NCBI GenBank assembly: GCA_903813345.2
Contig: CAIIXF020000001.1
Span: forward strand, 6,634,001-6,698,000
Direction: 5' to 3'
Origin: Owenia fusiformis
Lineage: Eukaryota
Length of the DNA: 64,000 nucleotides
Shown here one piece after another: positions 15,001 to 44,129 of this stretch. The stretch's first letter is position 1. The number at the start of each line of letters is the position of its first letter. The notes under the pieces are model-generated. The model saw only the letters and a program-made list of their open reading frames with translations, did no database searches and was not told the origin of the DNA. The translations under genes were made by a program, and so were the position numbers.

Positions 15001-18000
15001 TGTTTTAATCAATGTTAGCATATTCCTTACATCTTTCTTCACCATGATGTGAAATAACGAGCTATGATATTGGTTAACACGCCAGAAATTATATTGTTTT
15101 ATTGTTTATTGTTCCATTCAAATTATTTACAAAATATATTATTACAATTTGACGCAGAGCGTATATTGTGTGCTAAAAGGTTTAAGGTTATGTATAAGTA
15201 AGATAATTAATTGGTGAAGTATTGGAACATAACAAGTAATAATATTATTCTATAATAATATTAATGTTTGTTGATTTGGACAAATCAGGACGATAGGTCA
15301 TCTTAATGCAGATTTACATTATAGAAGTGGTCATCTTTGAACCCTGGGGCTTTTCCCCCTCTTTCGATGAATAAGCTAGTAACAAATGTTTCCTTTTAGC
15401 AGAAGACTTATATTTTGCCCCTATAAGCCCACTTATTCCATCCATAACCTGGAAATTTTACAATTAGATTAGAGTGCTATATATATATATATAAAACAGT
15501 CAGAAAGATTGGAAATGAATTGCATACCAAGTATATCATGTACAGTTTGCGCCAAGAGTTTGCGGATGTTTTCCAAACATCAATTGTGTTGTATTGCTAT
15601 GTAATACTCATAGCCTCTTTCTGTTTCACCTTAGGGCTGAGAAGGTTTGAGATGTCATGGTTTATCACGATGGATATAATACGCAATAACTAAAAATAGA
15701 GGTGTGGATATTTTTTCTTCTTATACTTTAAATTTTCTTGTAAATTGAAACTCTGACTTCAAATGATAAAATGTGCCGACTCAGCACTTTTGAGCCTGAT
15801 TCAGAACCGGTCACATATCAATTTTTCATGTCTAGAGTTTTTTTGGTCAATTCCAGGCTGGCTTAATCTAGTCAATCAAATACATTTCATGTCTTAATAC
15901 TCCATACATGATATAACTCTAATCTTAAGTGCTACTTGACTTAAATTGCCAATTACGGTGAAAATTTATATTTTGGAAAATGGGGTAGGGGTAGCTTAGT
16001 ATTAGCCAATATAGCATGAGATTGGTTAAAAGAAGCATTGTAACTACTTCATCCATCAATTCAATGATTATAATCCATTTGAAGTTTAAATTAATAATCC
16101 TGCACTTTATTAAGACAATTATATTGACCTAACATCCTTCCATTTTGGCAAATAGGGTTTATTGTGCCAGAAATGTCATCCTTATTCTCCATATATCATA
16201 TGTGGCAGATTTAGATATAAGATGATAATCATTGCTATATCTAAACAATATCATGTTTGCAACTTAAAATCATGAAAAAGTTGAAAAATACTCCAAAATA
16301 GCGAAAAAATGGGAAAAGTAAAAAGCACGTAAAATCTTGAATTCTCAAAATCCCAGTTATTTTATTGCAGATTATGAAGGCCCTGATGCTCCTCTTTCCA
16401 ACGGTAATACTCACTGTACATGAGACATCTGGCTTTTCTGGCAAATTGGATCCAAAGATGTCTATATTGACCCTCATGTTTACAACTAAAATCACGAAAA
16501 CCTTGAAGAAATGGCCGAAAACATCGAAAAAAAAGTTAAAAGTAAAATGCTTGTAAAATCTTGGGAACCCAAAATCCCAGTTATTTTATTGCAGATTATG
16601 AAAGCTCTAATGCTCCTCTTTCCAACAGTAATACCCACTCTACATGGGACATCTGGCTTATTAAACAAACTGGGTCCAAAGATGGCTGCCATTTCGTCTC
16701 TTAATTGACCCATGTTCCAGAAAAGGCTCCGTAACCATGGCAACCATTGTGACGTCATAATAAACAATACATATGAACTCTTCAACATGTCCCATATACA
16801 AATCAAATAGTTATTAACTGGTTTTGGATTATCTTCTTAGCATACCATAAGCTGGAAATATGTCTTTTTTCACCAATTTTGGTGCATTTTCTAGGTTGTA
16901 AACAGACAACAAACATGGGTTGCTTAGCAACCATGTCACACACTAACCAATCATCTGTTAGGAGAATAAATTATATATTTTGGCTTCCCAATGGTCATAC
17001 TTTCATATAAGAATAAATTTTTGAAATATAAAATTTGACTTGTGCCACCCTCCAATGGTGCCCTGCCCCCTTTTTACAAATAGTGCCTCTTAAATAAATT
17101 CATAAATTTTGGAACAAAAGTCTATCAAAAACCACTTTTTGAAATTTAAAAAAAAAGTTTCACATATCACACTTTGATAACATTGGGTAAGACTACAATA
17201 TAAGCCAAAGTGGTTTAAACTTTATATGGGGCCTTTAAGTAGATAATGTCTGGAGCATTGCATCCAGAGAATACTTGTATGTCAACAGGATTATTTAAAG
17301 CATCTTAAATAAAAAATGGTTCAGCCATAAAGATAACAGAAGTGTTTTTGAATTTGAAATAAAGCATCCGCTTTGAGACTGTGTATTGATTATTTACTAT
17401 ACTTGGTACTTGGTATGATTTCGGAGAATTTAGAAGCTTTGGCTCTCTAAAATTATTTATTCAACATTCCTAAAATACCTAAGTTTAGAAGACTTATGTA
17501 CTTTATTTATTTGTTACATATGAAAGATCCTAAAATATGATTAAAAATGTCTGCCTTGATCTTGACATAATGTTTAACATTACATTCTGTATATTTGTTA
17601 TACTTTAAAATTGAGAATTTTTTATGTTTGATATTTAATTTTGGATTTAATATTACAAGTCTTTGCAAATGAAATATTTTTTTATTTGTTTGTACATGTT
17701 CTAGAAACTTCCCTGGTCAAATCCTTTCTCAACATTAGGATGTTTGTTTCATTTTCAAATGTCTCACGTCAACTGATGTTTTCAAGCTGATCAGACGATT
17801 AAAGTAAATAAAGATCTGCGTGATGACGAGTAATAATTAATAATAATTAATAATAATTCAAATAATTGTTATGATTACTATTACCAATATTAAATGAAAA
17901 TAATTTTTCAAAGTTTTATGTGACTATTTACATATGATTGTTGAAAACGGCTCAAAAACAAAATAATTGTTTAAATTGTGTTCCATTGTGTTGAAATGAT

Positions 18001-18150
18001 GTTTCCCGAAATAATTTCTTTTTCTAAAATATGATTTGAAAATGATTATTGACTATTGAAACTCACCTGACTTGTTGTTAAAGCTTTGTGATTTACCAAC
18101 TTGAATCCGAAATTTTTTATCCTAAACTCTTCCCTGAGTTCTTTAGTCAT
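1..18150 (-). CDS. rost: Protein rolling stone-like multi-pass membrane protein, partial (coding exon 1: 18150-18067; exon 2: 292 to <1; continues beyond window start)
   Basis: Exon 1 reads MTKELREEFRIKNFGFKLVNHKALTTSQ then a phase-0 GTGAGT donor. Exon 2 follows a polypyrimidine/CAG acceptor (293-310) and reads WKWHPLIFLVYRFILCGYTLGYWIAAVAEAKNKAKMGIYLTHWSYTMLTLHFLVAFIVAVITYVRK. The joined 'EF..F...SQW...YR...IYLT.W' pattern is typical of rolling-stone family proteins. This frame is absent from the ORF track. Confidence 0.8.
1935..3128. mobile_element. Non-autonomous foldback/MITE-like element with inverted arrays of a 15-bp repeat
   Basis: Six copies of CCCAGTTGTCCGAAA or variants at 1941-2030 and five inverted copies (TTTCGGACAACTGGG-like) at 3046-3120, with a non-coding interior. 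The ORFs 1856-2041, 2952-3143 and 2979-3203 are artefacts of this repeat. Confidence 0.7.
3626..6592. mobile_element. Foldback element with ~150-bp inverted arms and 22-bp subrepeats, split by later insertions
   Basis: The left arm TTTATCCCATGGTTACAAGGATATAGATCGAATATCAC (3626-~3760) is the near reverse complement of the right arm GTGATATTCGATCTATATCCTCCTTGCAACCATGGGATAAA (~6457-6592). CATCGAATATCACTTTTGAAAC subrepeats flip orientation near 3760. Confidence 0.65.
3850..5700 (+). mobile_element. 5'-truncated non-LTR retrotransposon (CR1/L2/Crack-like LINE), ORF2 reverse transcriptase with one frameshift
   Basis: Open frame from 3850 contains SPGPDG, NYRPISVL, QFGF, DFSKAFD, GVPQGSVLGPLLF and FADD motifs. 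A frameshift near 4680 leads into the 4680-5423 frame (FLGIIID, YCNIIWG, LWNALP). AATAAA at 5674 is followed by a (TTGAA)4 tail at 5680-5699. No endonuclease or ORF1 is present. Confidence 0.92.
6966..7120. repeat. Short imperfect palindromic interspersed repeat (related copies at ~3470-3625, ~5905-6045, ~6326-6452, ~53265-53590)
   Basis: GTTATGCAATTGGAGGTTTTGGATACAGGGAATATCCCGAG is matched by CTCGGGATATTCCCTGTATCCAAAACCTCCAAGTGCATAAC to form a long hairpin. The architecture resembles non-autonomous Crypton-like elements (inference). Confidence 0.55.
9978..11311. mobile_element. Degenerate DNA-transposon-like repeat (TAGAGCTGTCAA end, reiterated TGTCCCGC subterminal motifs)
   Basis: Many TGTCCCGC/ATCCCG motifs near both ends; 10380-10470 recurs at ~11168-11290; no coding capacity seen. 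Confidence 0.4.
11533..12240 (-). mobile_element. Helentron-associated non-autonomous element (HINE/DINE-like), family 1, degenerate copy
   Basis: Starts AACTAG...ACTCCACGGAGT (palindrome)...ATCCCACCGAAC, the reverse complement of the 3' end of the 21761-23110 element. Contains diverged internal repeats and ends in TGGGATAAT. Confidence 0.7.
12655..12715 (+). pseudogene. Tiny decayed LINE reverse-transcriptase fragment
   Basis: Translates as GVPHGSIL*PILFFLY, a degenerate GVPQGSILGPILF motif with an in-frame stop. Confidence 0.5.
14642..14880 (+). repeat. Direct tandem duplication of ~122 bp
   Basis: CCATTGAACACTTTATCTATTCAAAAAGC...CATGACATTGCCGA occurs at 14642-14758 and 14764-14880 with one visible mismatch. 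Confidence 0.9.
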
Positions 18151-18263
18151 TTTTTTAAATGTTGCCAAAATTATTTTATCTTGTTTCAATTGTATTGTTT
18201 TTTATGTTTATTTGTATGAGTTTCTTGTTTAATGTTCCCAAGTTTTCCTTGTTACATAACTTA

Positions 18264-18295
18264 AACTGTGCTAGCATATATTTAAGGGTTTTATA
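18264..18295 (-). promoter_or_regulatory. Putative TATA box and initiator of the rolling-stone-like gene
   Basis: Minus strand: TATAAAA (18295-18289) lies ~28 nt upstream of an ACAGTT Inr-like motif (18269-18264), followed by an A-rich ~115-nt leader to the ATG at 18150. Confidence 0.5.
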
Positions 18296-19874
18296 TCCTT
18301 AATGTTTTATCCAAATAGTCCAAGTGTGTCTCAGCCAATCAGCTTTGATAATTTGGTATTTAATATCCTTGCACTTGTTCAGTGCACAGCAGTGTTGTAA
18401 CAGTTTTGTAAGGTAATTTATAGTGTTTGGTTCAGATAATGTTAATAAAAATGAAGATTGTTATTCTTCCCTGGTTTGGTTAGCTAATTTAAGAGTGTTT
18501 GCTCCAGCTTTAATAAAAAATTGATCTAAAAGTTATTATTCCATGGCTCGGTCAGCTAATTTGAAAGTGTTTGCTTCAGATTGAATTAGAAAACTAGAAA
18601 GTTGTTAAGAATGAATTTAATTGGCTCTGGGCATAAACCATGGAACCTGGCCAATCTGAGAGGAAAAAACATGGAAAATTTGTCAAAGATTTTTAAATAA
18701 AAAATCAGTTTTTCTACAAAAAAGGTAATAAATCGAGGTCTTGGACAAATCACCCAAAGAGTGGATTTTGTAGTTAATTTACCAATATTTCAGGAAATTT
18801 GCTCCCTTTTTATAAGTCTGAGAAGAAGTATACATGGAAACTTTCAATCTTGAGAGGAAATTGACATGGAAAAAATGCTCAAAAGGGGGGTATTTGGCGC
18901 GGCACATAGGTATTAAGAGGTATATTTGAGTGAAACCCCCAGGGTATGAAAACAGGAATTTTCATTAATTTGTGAGATCTCTCTGAAATATTGCATTCTT
19001 ATACTCAAATGAAAGGTAATTTAGAGTAGATTGCAAATATTGCATTGTTATTTTTCTGATTCGAGACTCAGTAGTAATTTCCATTGTTTTGATTTGTCCA
19101 GGAGTAACCTGTTTAAAACTTTCCATTATCCCCTATGTACATTTTTATTCAAATTGTTAATGTTCCGTTTAAACTCACTAGGTTGGTGAGTGATAATTTT
19201 AATTTTAACAAAATACTCAATCTGCTAATGAATTGTAGCAAATGTGACTCAGACATTAATCAGGGTGATATTATAATTTATACCCAAGAATATGGATTCC
19301 AGCACTAAATCACTGATTTATCTCTTTCAGTGTCATATTGTCCTAACTCCATAAAAAATTCAATGATTCAATTTAACTTTGTTCTACGTATCACTTTAAC
19401 CAATCAAATTGTTTGAATTACACCATTTGACTAAGAATTATTATATTACAATTTTAAACTGAGATTTGAATTTATTTTTGAAAAAAAACGAATGGAGAAA
19501 TTTGTGTCCATTGAAAATACATAGCAAAATGGACATAGCTCAGCTTTAATCTAAATCAATGTTGCAAAAAACTTGGAATTAAATTGTCCTATCTCAAAAC
19601 AATGTAAAAATTTCACAAATGACAGATATTGAAGTTACAGATGCCTAAACTTTCAAAAATTGATTTCTTACTTTCACAAAAATGTGAATTGGGACATTTT
19701 TATTCTCATAGGGCGAATTGTTGGTGCAGATTTTGTGTTTCTGAACACAACATATTTCTCAATATTTAAGTTGCATCTAAATAATGCAAAATGTTAAAAA
19801 AGATACTTGACTGGTCCTGACATCTTTTATGCACATACTTAACCACGAAACTGATGTGTTATAATATTTTGTAG

Positions 19875-38548
<18,674 letters not shown>

Positions 38549-38700
38549 TATAGACTATGTACTAAAATAATATTGGGATTGGGAACAAATATTATTTTAA
38601 CACACACACATCAATACAGGATTTGTTAATTTTATGCAACAGTGCTACATGTCCAATTGCGTTGAGACTTTTTATATGATATGATATGTGAACATATGTA

Positions 38701-38857
38701 CAGTAAAACCTGTCTATATTGAAAACCTTTAGAGGCACAGAAAGTGTTCACTAGACACAGTCTTTATAGTCTATAAAGTCACTGGAGTTTGAAATGGTGT
38801 TCACCTGGGACAGGTATTCACTAGAAACAGGTGATCGTCACTGTGGAAAGTTTACTA
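38701..38857. mobile_element. Short Tigger-like MITE remnant in the probable MARS1 3' UTR
   Basis: Begins TA|CAGTAAAACCTGTCTA, as does the 30614 element, and ends with a degenerate AAGTTTACTA. It lies between the stop (38548) and AATAAA (~39063). Confidence 0.55.
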
Positions 38858-40802
38858 TGTTAGTCAGAAGCATATAAAAAACTTCAAGTATTCTCAAAAT
38901 AAGAATTGAATTGTACTATTCATATTTCATCAAATTATTTCTATTCCAAAATAGGATGTAGTAAAACTGTTTTCGGTGTTATGTTTTATTTTACATATTT
39001 ATCATATCAATGCACAATAATTTTTTCATTTGGGATGTAAAAGAAGGAGTTTTATCAATATTAATAAATAAAATAAAATAAATATTGCAGATCAATTGTT
39101 TGTTATACCACTGAGTGCAGACATATTGTTACAGTTTCCACTTTTAAGTGGTGGCATTTGACGTTTGTGAAGTTAGTTTAAGGTAAATAGAGTATATACA
39201 CAACAAACTGTATATCGTGTGAAAATTCCATGAACAAATAACAAAAAATATCTTACATGGCTATGCAATTGCAAGCAGGACCATTTTTAACATTTTATGA
39301 ATCTATTTTTTACTCTGTGACAAACTGTCATAAATCGTGATCAAGAGATCTATTTAACACAAAGATAACTAAAAATTTGAAAAGAATCAATCAAACACTG
39401 CTAATATTTATATTTAACAGTCGTGACCAGTCTATTTTATACAGCGGGGCAGAAAGAAGTTGTTCTGGATCCTGCAATTCTGCATTCAACGGATGTTTTC
39501 ATAAAACTTTGAGTTATTTTAAAAAACTTACCCCAATATATAAATGAAGGCTAAATTATTTTTTCAATGTTTATACAAGTATCCACTCTTATCTTTAATG
39601 AATAATTCGAGGATCCAGTTTCAATTTACTTGTAAATATTTAGAAATTAATATTTGGCCACATTTGAATATGTTTTTTTTATGAAAAAATAGTTTACTTA
39701 AGTATCTGAATATAACCAAATGCTTAATCCAATAAAGGACCTTTCCCCCATTTGAATAGTGTTTGTTTAACATCTTTTTTATGTTTTTGTCAATGTTAAA
39801 TTATGTCTTACAAAAGCAACTGTTTCGAATTATGTTAAATATTCATCAAGGCTGCAGATTACAAATGTTTTGAATTCAAGAAATGTTTTCGAATAAGATA
39901 ATGATTTGATAGTTTCATTAATACTGAGGCTAGCTAGATAGACTAGATTTTAATTTTAGATAACTTACATGAATACGTACATACTATCAGTTTATCATTT
40001 GAGATTTCTATGTTCATAATACCCCAGGCATGCCAGTTGCTTTGTTTAATTTATTATTTCATCAAAAGTAACTATAAGTTTTAGGTCAACATGAAAGATA
40101 AATAAGATATACAATTACTGAAACAGGCTGACTACACTGCCATCTTTATGAACATTCTTTTTATCAACCAAGAGGGGGAATATCCCAAATTTCTATTCTG
40201 ATACTCAGACCAGACCACCTCTGCCATGCAAAGAATGGAGGAAACTGATAGAAGGCTGTGTTCTCTCACAATGATAAATTTCATAAATAAACCTTTATGT
40301 AAAGATGAACTTGGAGTTGGTTCTTTCCTCCTCTTTTATCAATCATACCCTATGAAAATAACTATAGATCATTAACACCTATCATTGTTTCTATAAAGCA
40401 TATAGATGGAATAAAGCTATGCTACTTTTAAAAAAATTCATGTTTGAAATCACAAATTGAAAGTCTATATATAAAACAATATATCTCAATATAAGTTTTC
40501 AAACGTTTCTTTGAGTCTTGGCATTTAACGCTTTAGAAAATTATCGGAGAAATTATCAATCAAAAATTAGATTTCAGTGACAATCTTAAATCAGTGCAAA
40601 TACCCGAGAAATGCAATGTTATTTCAAAGTATAAACTCTCCATTCATAAAGGACCTGGATTCAAGAAGGATTGGGAGCCATGATTCACACTAGATCCCCT
40701 GTTGACTGGTGTATACAAATTTGGTAATAATAGTATCCATATGGTGAAGAATAACATTGCTTTGGGGATTGAATATTACCATAATTCATTAATATAAGTA
40801 AT

Positions 40803-42853
40803 GTCCAAGATCATTAACAATTATAGCACAACCAATGTGCACCGTGAGTGCCACAGCCAATCAGTCCAAGATCGTTAACAATTATAGCACAACCAATGTG
40901 CAGGGTGAGTGCCACAGCCAATCAGTCCAAGATCGTTAACAGTTATAGCACAACCAATGTGCACCGTGAGTGCCACAGCCAATCAGTCCAAGATCGTTAA
41001 CAATTATAGCACAACCAATGTGCACCGTGAGTGCCACAGCCAATCAGTCCAAGATCGTTAACAATTATAGCACAACCAATGTGCACCGTGAGTGCCACAG
41101 CCAATCAGTCCAAGATCGTTAACAATTATAGCACAACCAATGTGCAGGGTGAGTGCCACAGCCAATCAGTCCAAGATCGTTAACAATTATAGCACAACCA
41201 ATGTGCACCGTGAGTGCCACAGCCAATCAGTCCAAGATCGTTAACAATTATAGCACAACCAATGTGCACCGTGAGTGCCACAGCCAATCAGTCCAAGATC
41301 GTTAACAATTATAGCACAACCAATGTGCACCGTGAGTGCCACAGCCAATCAGTCCAAGATCGTTAACATTTACAGCACAACCAATGTGCACCGTGAGTGC
41401 CGCGGCCAATCAGTCCAAGATCATTAACAATTTTAGCACAACCAATGTGCACCGTGAGTGCCCGGCCAATCAGTCCAAGATCATTAACAATTATAGCACA
41501 ACTAATGTGCACCGTGAGTGCAACGGCCAATCAGTCAAAGATCATTAACAATTTTAGCACAACCAATGTGCACCGTGAGTGCCGCAACCAATGAGTCCAA
41601 GATCATTAACAATTATAGCACAACCAATGTGCACCGTGAGTGCCACAGCCAATCAGTCCAAGATCATTAACAATTACAGCACAACCAATGTGCACCGTGA
41701 GTCCCGCGGCCAATGAGTCCAAGATCATTAACAATTACAGCACAACCAATGTGCACCGTGAGTGCCGCGGCCAATGAGTCCAAGATCATTAACAATTACA
41801 GCACAACCAATGTGCACCGTGAGTGCCGCGGCCAATGAGTCCAAGATCATTAACAATTACAGCACAACCAATGTGCACCGTGAGTGCCGCGGCCAATGAG
41901 TCCAAGATCATTAACAATTACAGCACAACCAATGTGCACCGTGAGTGCCGCGGCCAATGAGTCCAAGATCATTAACAATTACAGCACAACCAATGTGCAC
42001 CGTGAGTGCCGCGGCCAATGAGTCCAAGATCATTAACAATTACAGCACAACCAATGTGCACCGTGAGTGCCGCGGCCAATGAGTCCAAGATCATTAACAA
42101 TTACAGCACAACCAATGTGCACCGTGAGTGCCGCGGCCAATGAGTCCAAGATCATTAACAATTACAGCACAACCAATGTGCACCGTGAGTGCCGCGGCCA
42201 ATGAGTCCAAGATCATTAACAATTACAGCACAACCAATGTGCACCGTGAGTGCCGCGGCCAATGAGTCCAAGATCATTAACAATTACAGCACAACCAATG
42301 TGCACCGTGAGTGCCGCGGCCAATGAGTCCAAGATCATTAACAATTACAGCACAACCAATGTGCACCGTGAGTGCCGCGGCCAATGAGTCCAAGATCATT
42401 AACAATTACAGCACAACCAATGTGCACCGTGAGTGCCGCGGCCAATGAGTCCAAGATCATTAACAATTACAGCACAACCAATGTGCACCGTGAGTGCCGC
42501 GGCCAATGAGTCCAAGATCATTAACAATTACAGCACAACCAATGTGCACCGTGAGTGCCGCGGCCAATGAGTCCAAGATCATTAACAATTACAGCACAAC
42601 CAATGTGCACCGTGAGTGCCGCGGCCAATGAGTCCAAGATCATTAACAATTACAGCACAACCAATGTGCACCGTGAGTGCCGCGGCCAATGAGTCCAAGA
42701 TCATTAACAATTACAGCACAACCAATGTGCACCGTGAGTGCCGCGGCCAATGAGTCCAAGATCATTAACAATTACAGCACAACCAATGTGCACCGTGAGT
42801 GCCGCGGCCAATGAGTCCGAGATCATTAACAATTACAGCACAACCAATGTGCA
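40803..42853 (+). repeat. 61-bp tandem satellite/minisatellite, ~33.6 copies, with decayed related sequence continuing to ~43700
   Basis: Unit GTCCAAGATCATTAACAATTACAGCACAACCAATGTGCACCGTGAGTGCCGCGGCCAATGA; head-to-tail with no spacers; two homogenised variant blocks. Confidence 0.97.
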
Positions 42854-43859
42854 AGAATGTGTCACAATCAATGATTATAGCTCCCATATTAAACTTATCT
42901 ACCTTTTTGAACACTAAGCTGTCAGCATTAACATTAAAAGGTCATGTAAGGTCACGCCACTGTGTTAATAGCCAGCTGTAACTTGATACCTTTTTAAATC
43001 TTTTAAATTGCTTCTAGCACAAGATAAATTCGAACATGGATTTGGGCCAAATTGCTTGGCTTGATTGGTGATAACACAACTAAAATGAAGCACAATCAAT
43101 GGTACACATGGAATGACCAATATGACAACACAACCAATGTGTAACATAATGTATTACAGTCAATCACAACAAATAATGAATTTAAGCACAGTCAATGCAT
43201 CGAAGAGTGTACCATAATCAATGGTACACCCGAAATAATGAATATGATAGCACAACTAACGGGCAGCTAACAATGACTAATGTCTAACATAGTGTATCAC
43301 TGCAATGTAATTTTGTAAAGCATGTGTTAGAATGAAATAATTATTAGTAGTAGCACAACCAAAATAGCACAACCTACCGAAATGTATTGCAATCAATTGT
43401 ACAAGACATTATCAAAACAACAGCACAACCAATGTGCACCCTAATGAATCACAGTCAAGCAATGCAACTTGATTAGTTAAAGCACAACCAATGCTAGAAT
43501 GTATCATAATCATTGGTACTCTTGAAATAATAGCACAAAAATTAATATGTACTTTAATGTATCACAGTAAATCTGTCCAACATTTTAATTTGGCATATAG
43601 CACAACCAAATCTAATCACAACAAATTATGGTACAGATTAAAATTGTAGCACAATGTTACCTTCTTCTAAGGCCAGCACAATGTAGCATTGTATTCATCA
43701 CAGCCTATCCGAGGCCAAGTAATAAGATCAAAATGTACGGAGTTGTTGAATAAGACAGCATGTGTATACCGAATGGTCTTTATTCGGTCTTAGATAATAC
43801 AAAAATGTGGAACCTGTGAAGTCTGGGTATATACCCGGGGATATATACAGAGCCATTGC

Positions 43860-43985
43860 AAGGGAAACCGAGAACACTGAACGAAACTAAATAAAGCACC
43901 TTGCATGACGTCATGTTTGGGGTTTGCACCTTTTGTTGAAGGAGGTTCCCTCAGAGAATTCCCGAAATGCAGGGAATTTCCCGTG
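43860..43985 (+). promoter_or_regulatory. Putative schnurri proximal promoter with a CRE and a cluster of kappaB-like sites
   Basis: TGACGTCA at 43906-43913; GGGAATTTCC at 43972-43981; GGGAATTCTC (rc of 43954-43963); GGGAACCTCC (rc of 43941-43950). All lie 150-230 bp upstream of the ATG at 44130. A second TGACGTCA is at 44578-44585 in intron 1. Confidence 0.5.
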
Positions 43986-44129
43986 ATTTTGACATGATTT
44001 CTAGCTGAATAATCGCATTGCCGAAGAAGACATTGGTGGCACACGAAGTACCGACTACTACTCCATGAATCTGGAGACGAACAAGTTAAGTGGACGTGTA
44101 TTTAGCTTGAATATTGAGGTTATACTGAT

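Larger units (their letters stand above)
7995..17234. mobile_element. Possible 9.2-kb TTAA-flanked (Kolobok-like) non-autonomous element with ~1.1-kb internal inverted arms (8679-~9770 and ~16066-17093)
   Basis: TTAA|AGTCCCCGTTTAAAGTTT at 7991-8012 and AAACTTTATATGGGGCCT|TTAA at 17217-17238 give a 15/18 inverted match. The arms are near-identical, as shown by the mirrored ORFs 8958+/16806- and 9268+/16495-. Each arm has an internal ~223-bp duplication. Confidence 0.5.

Noticed and set aside
40803..42853. CRISPR array
   Set aside because: Units are head-to-tail with no unique spacers, there are no cas genes, and the context is eukaryotic. The short ORFs across it are repeat artefacts.
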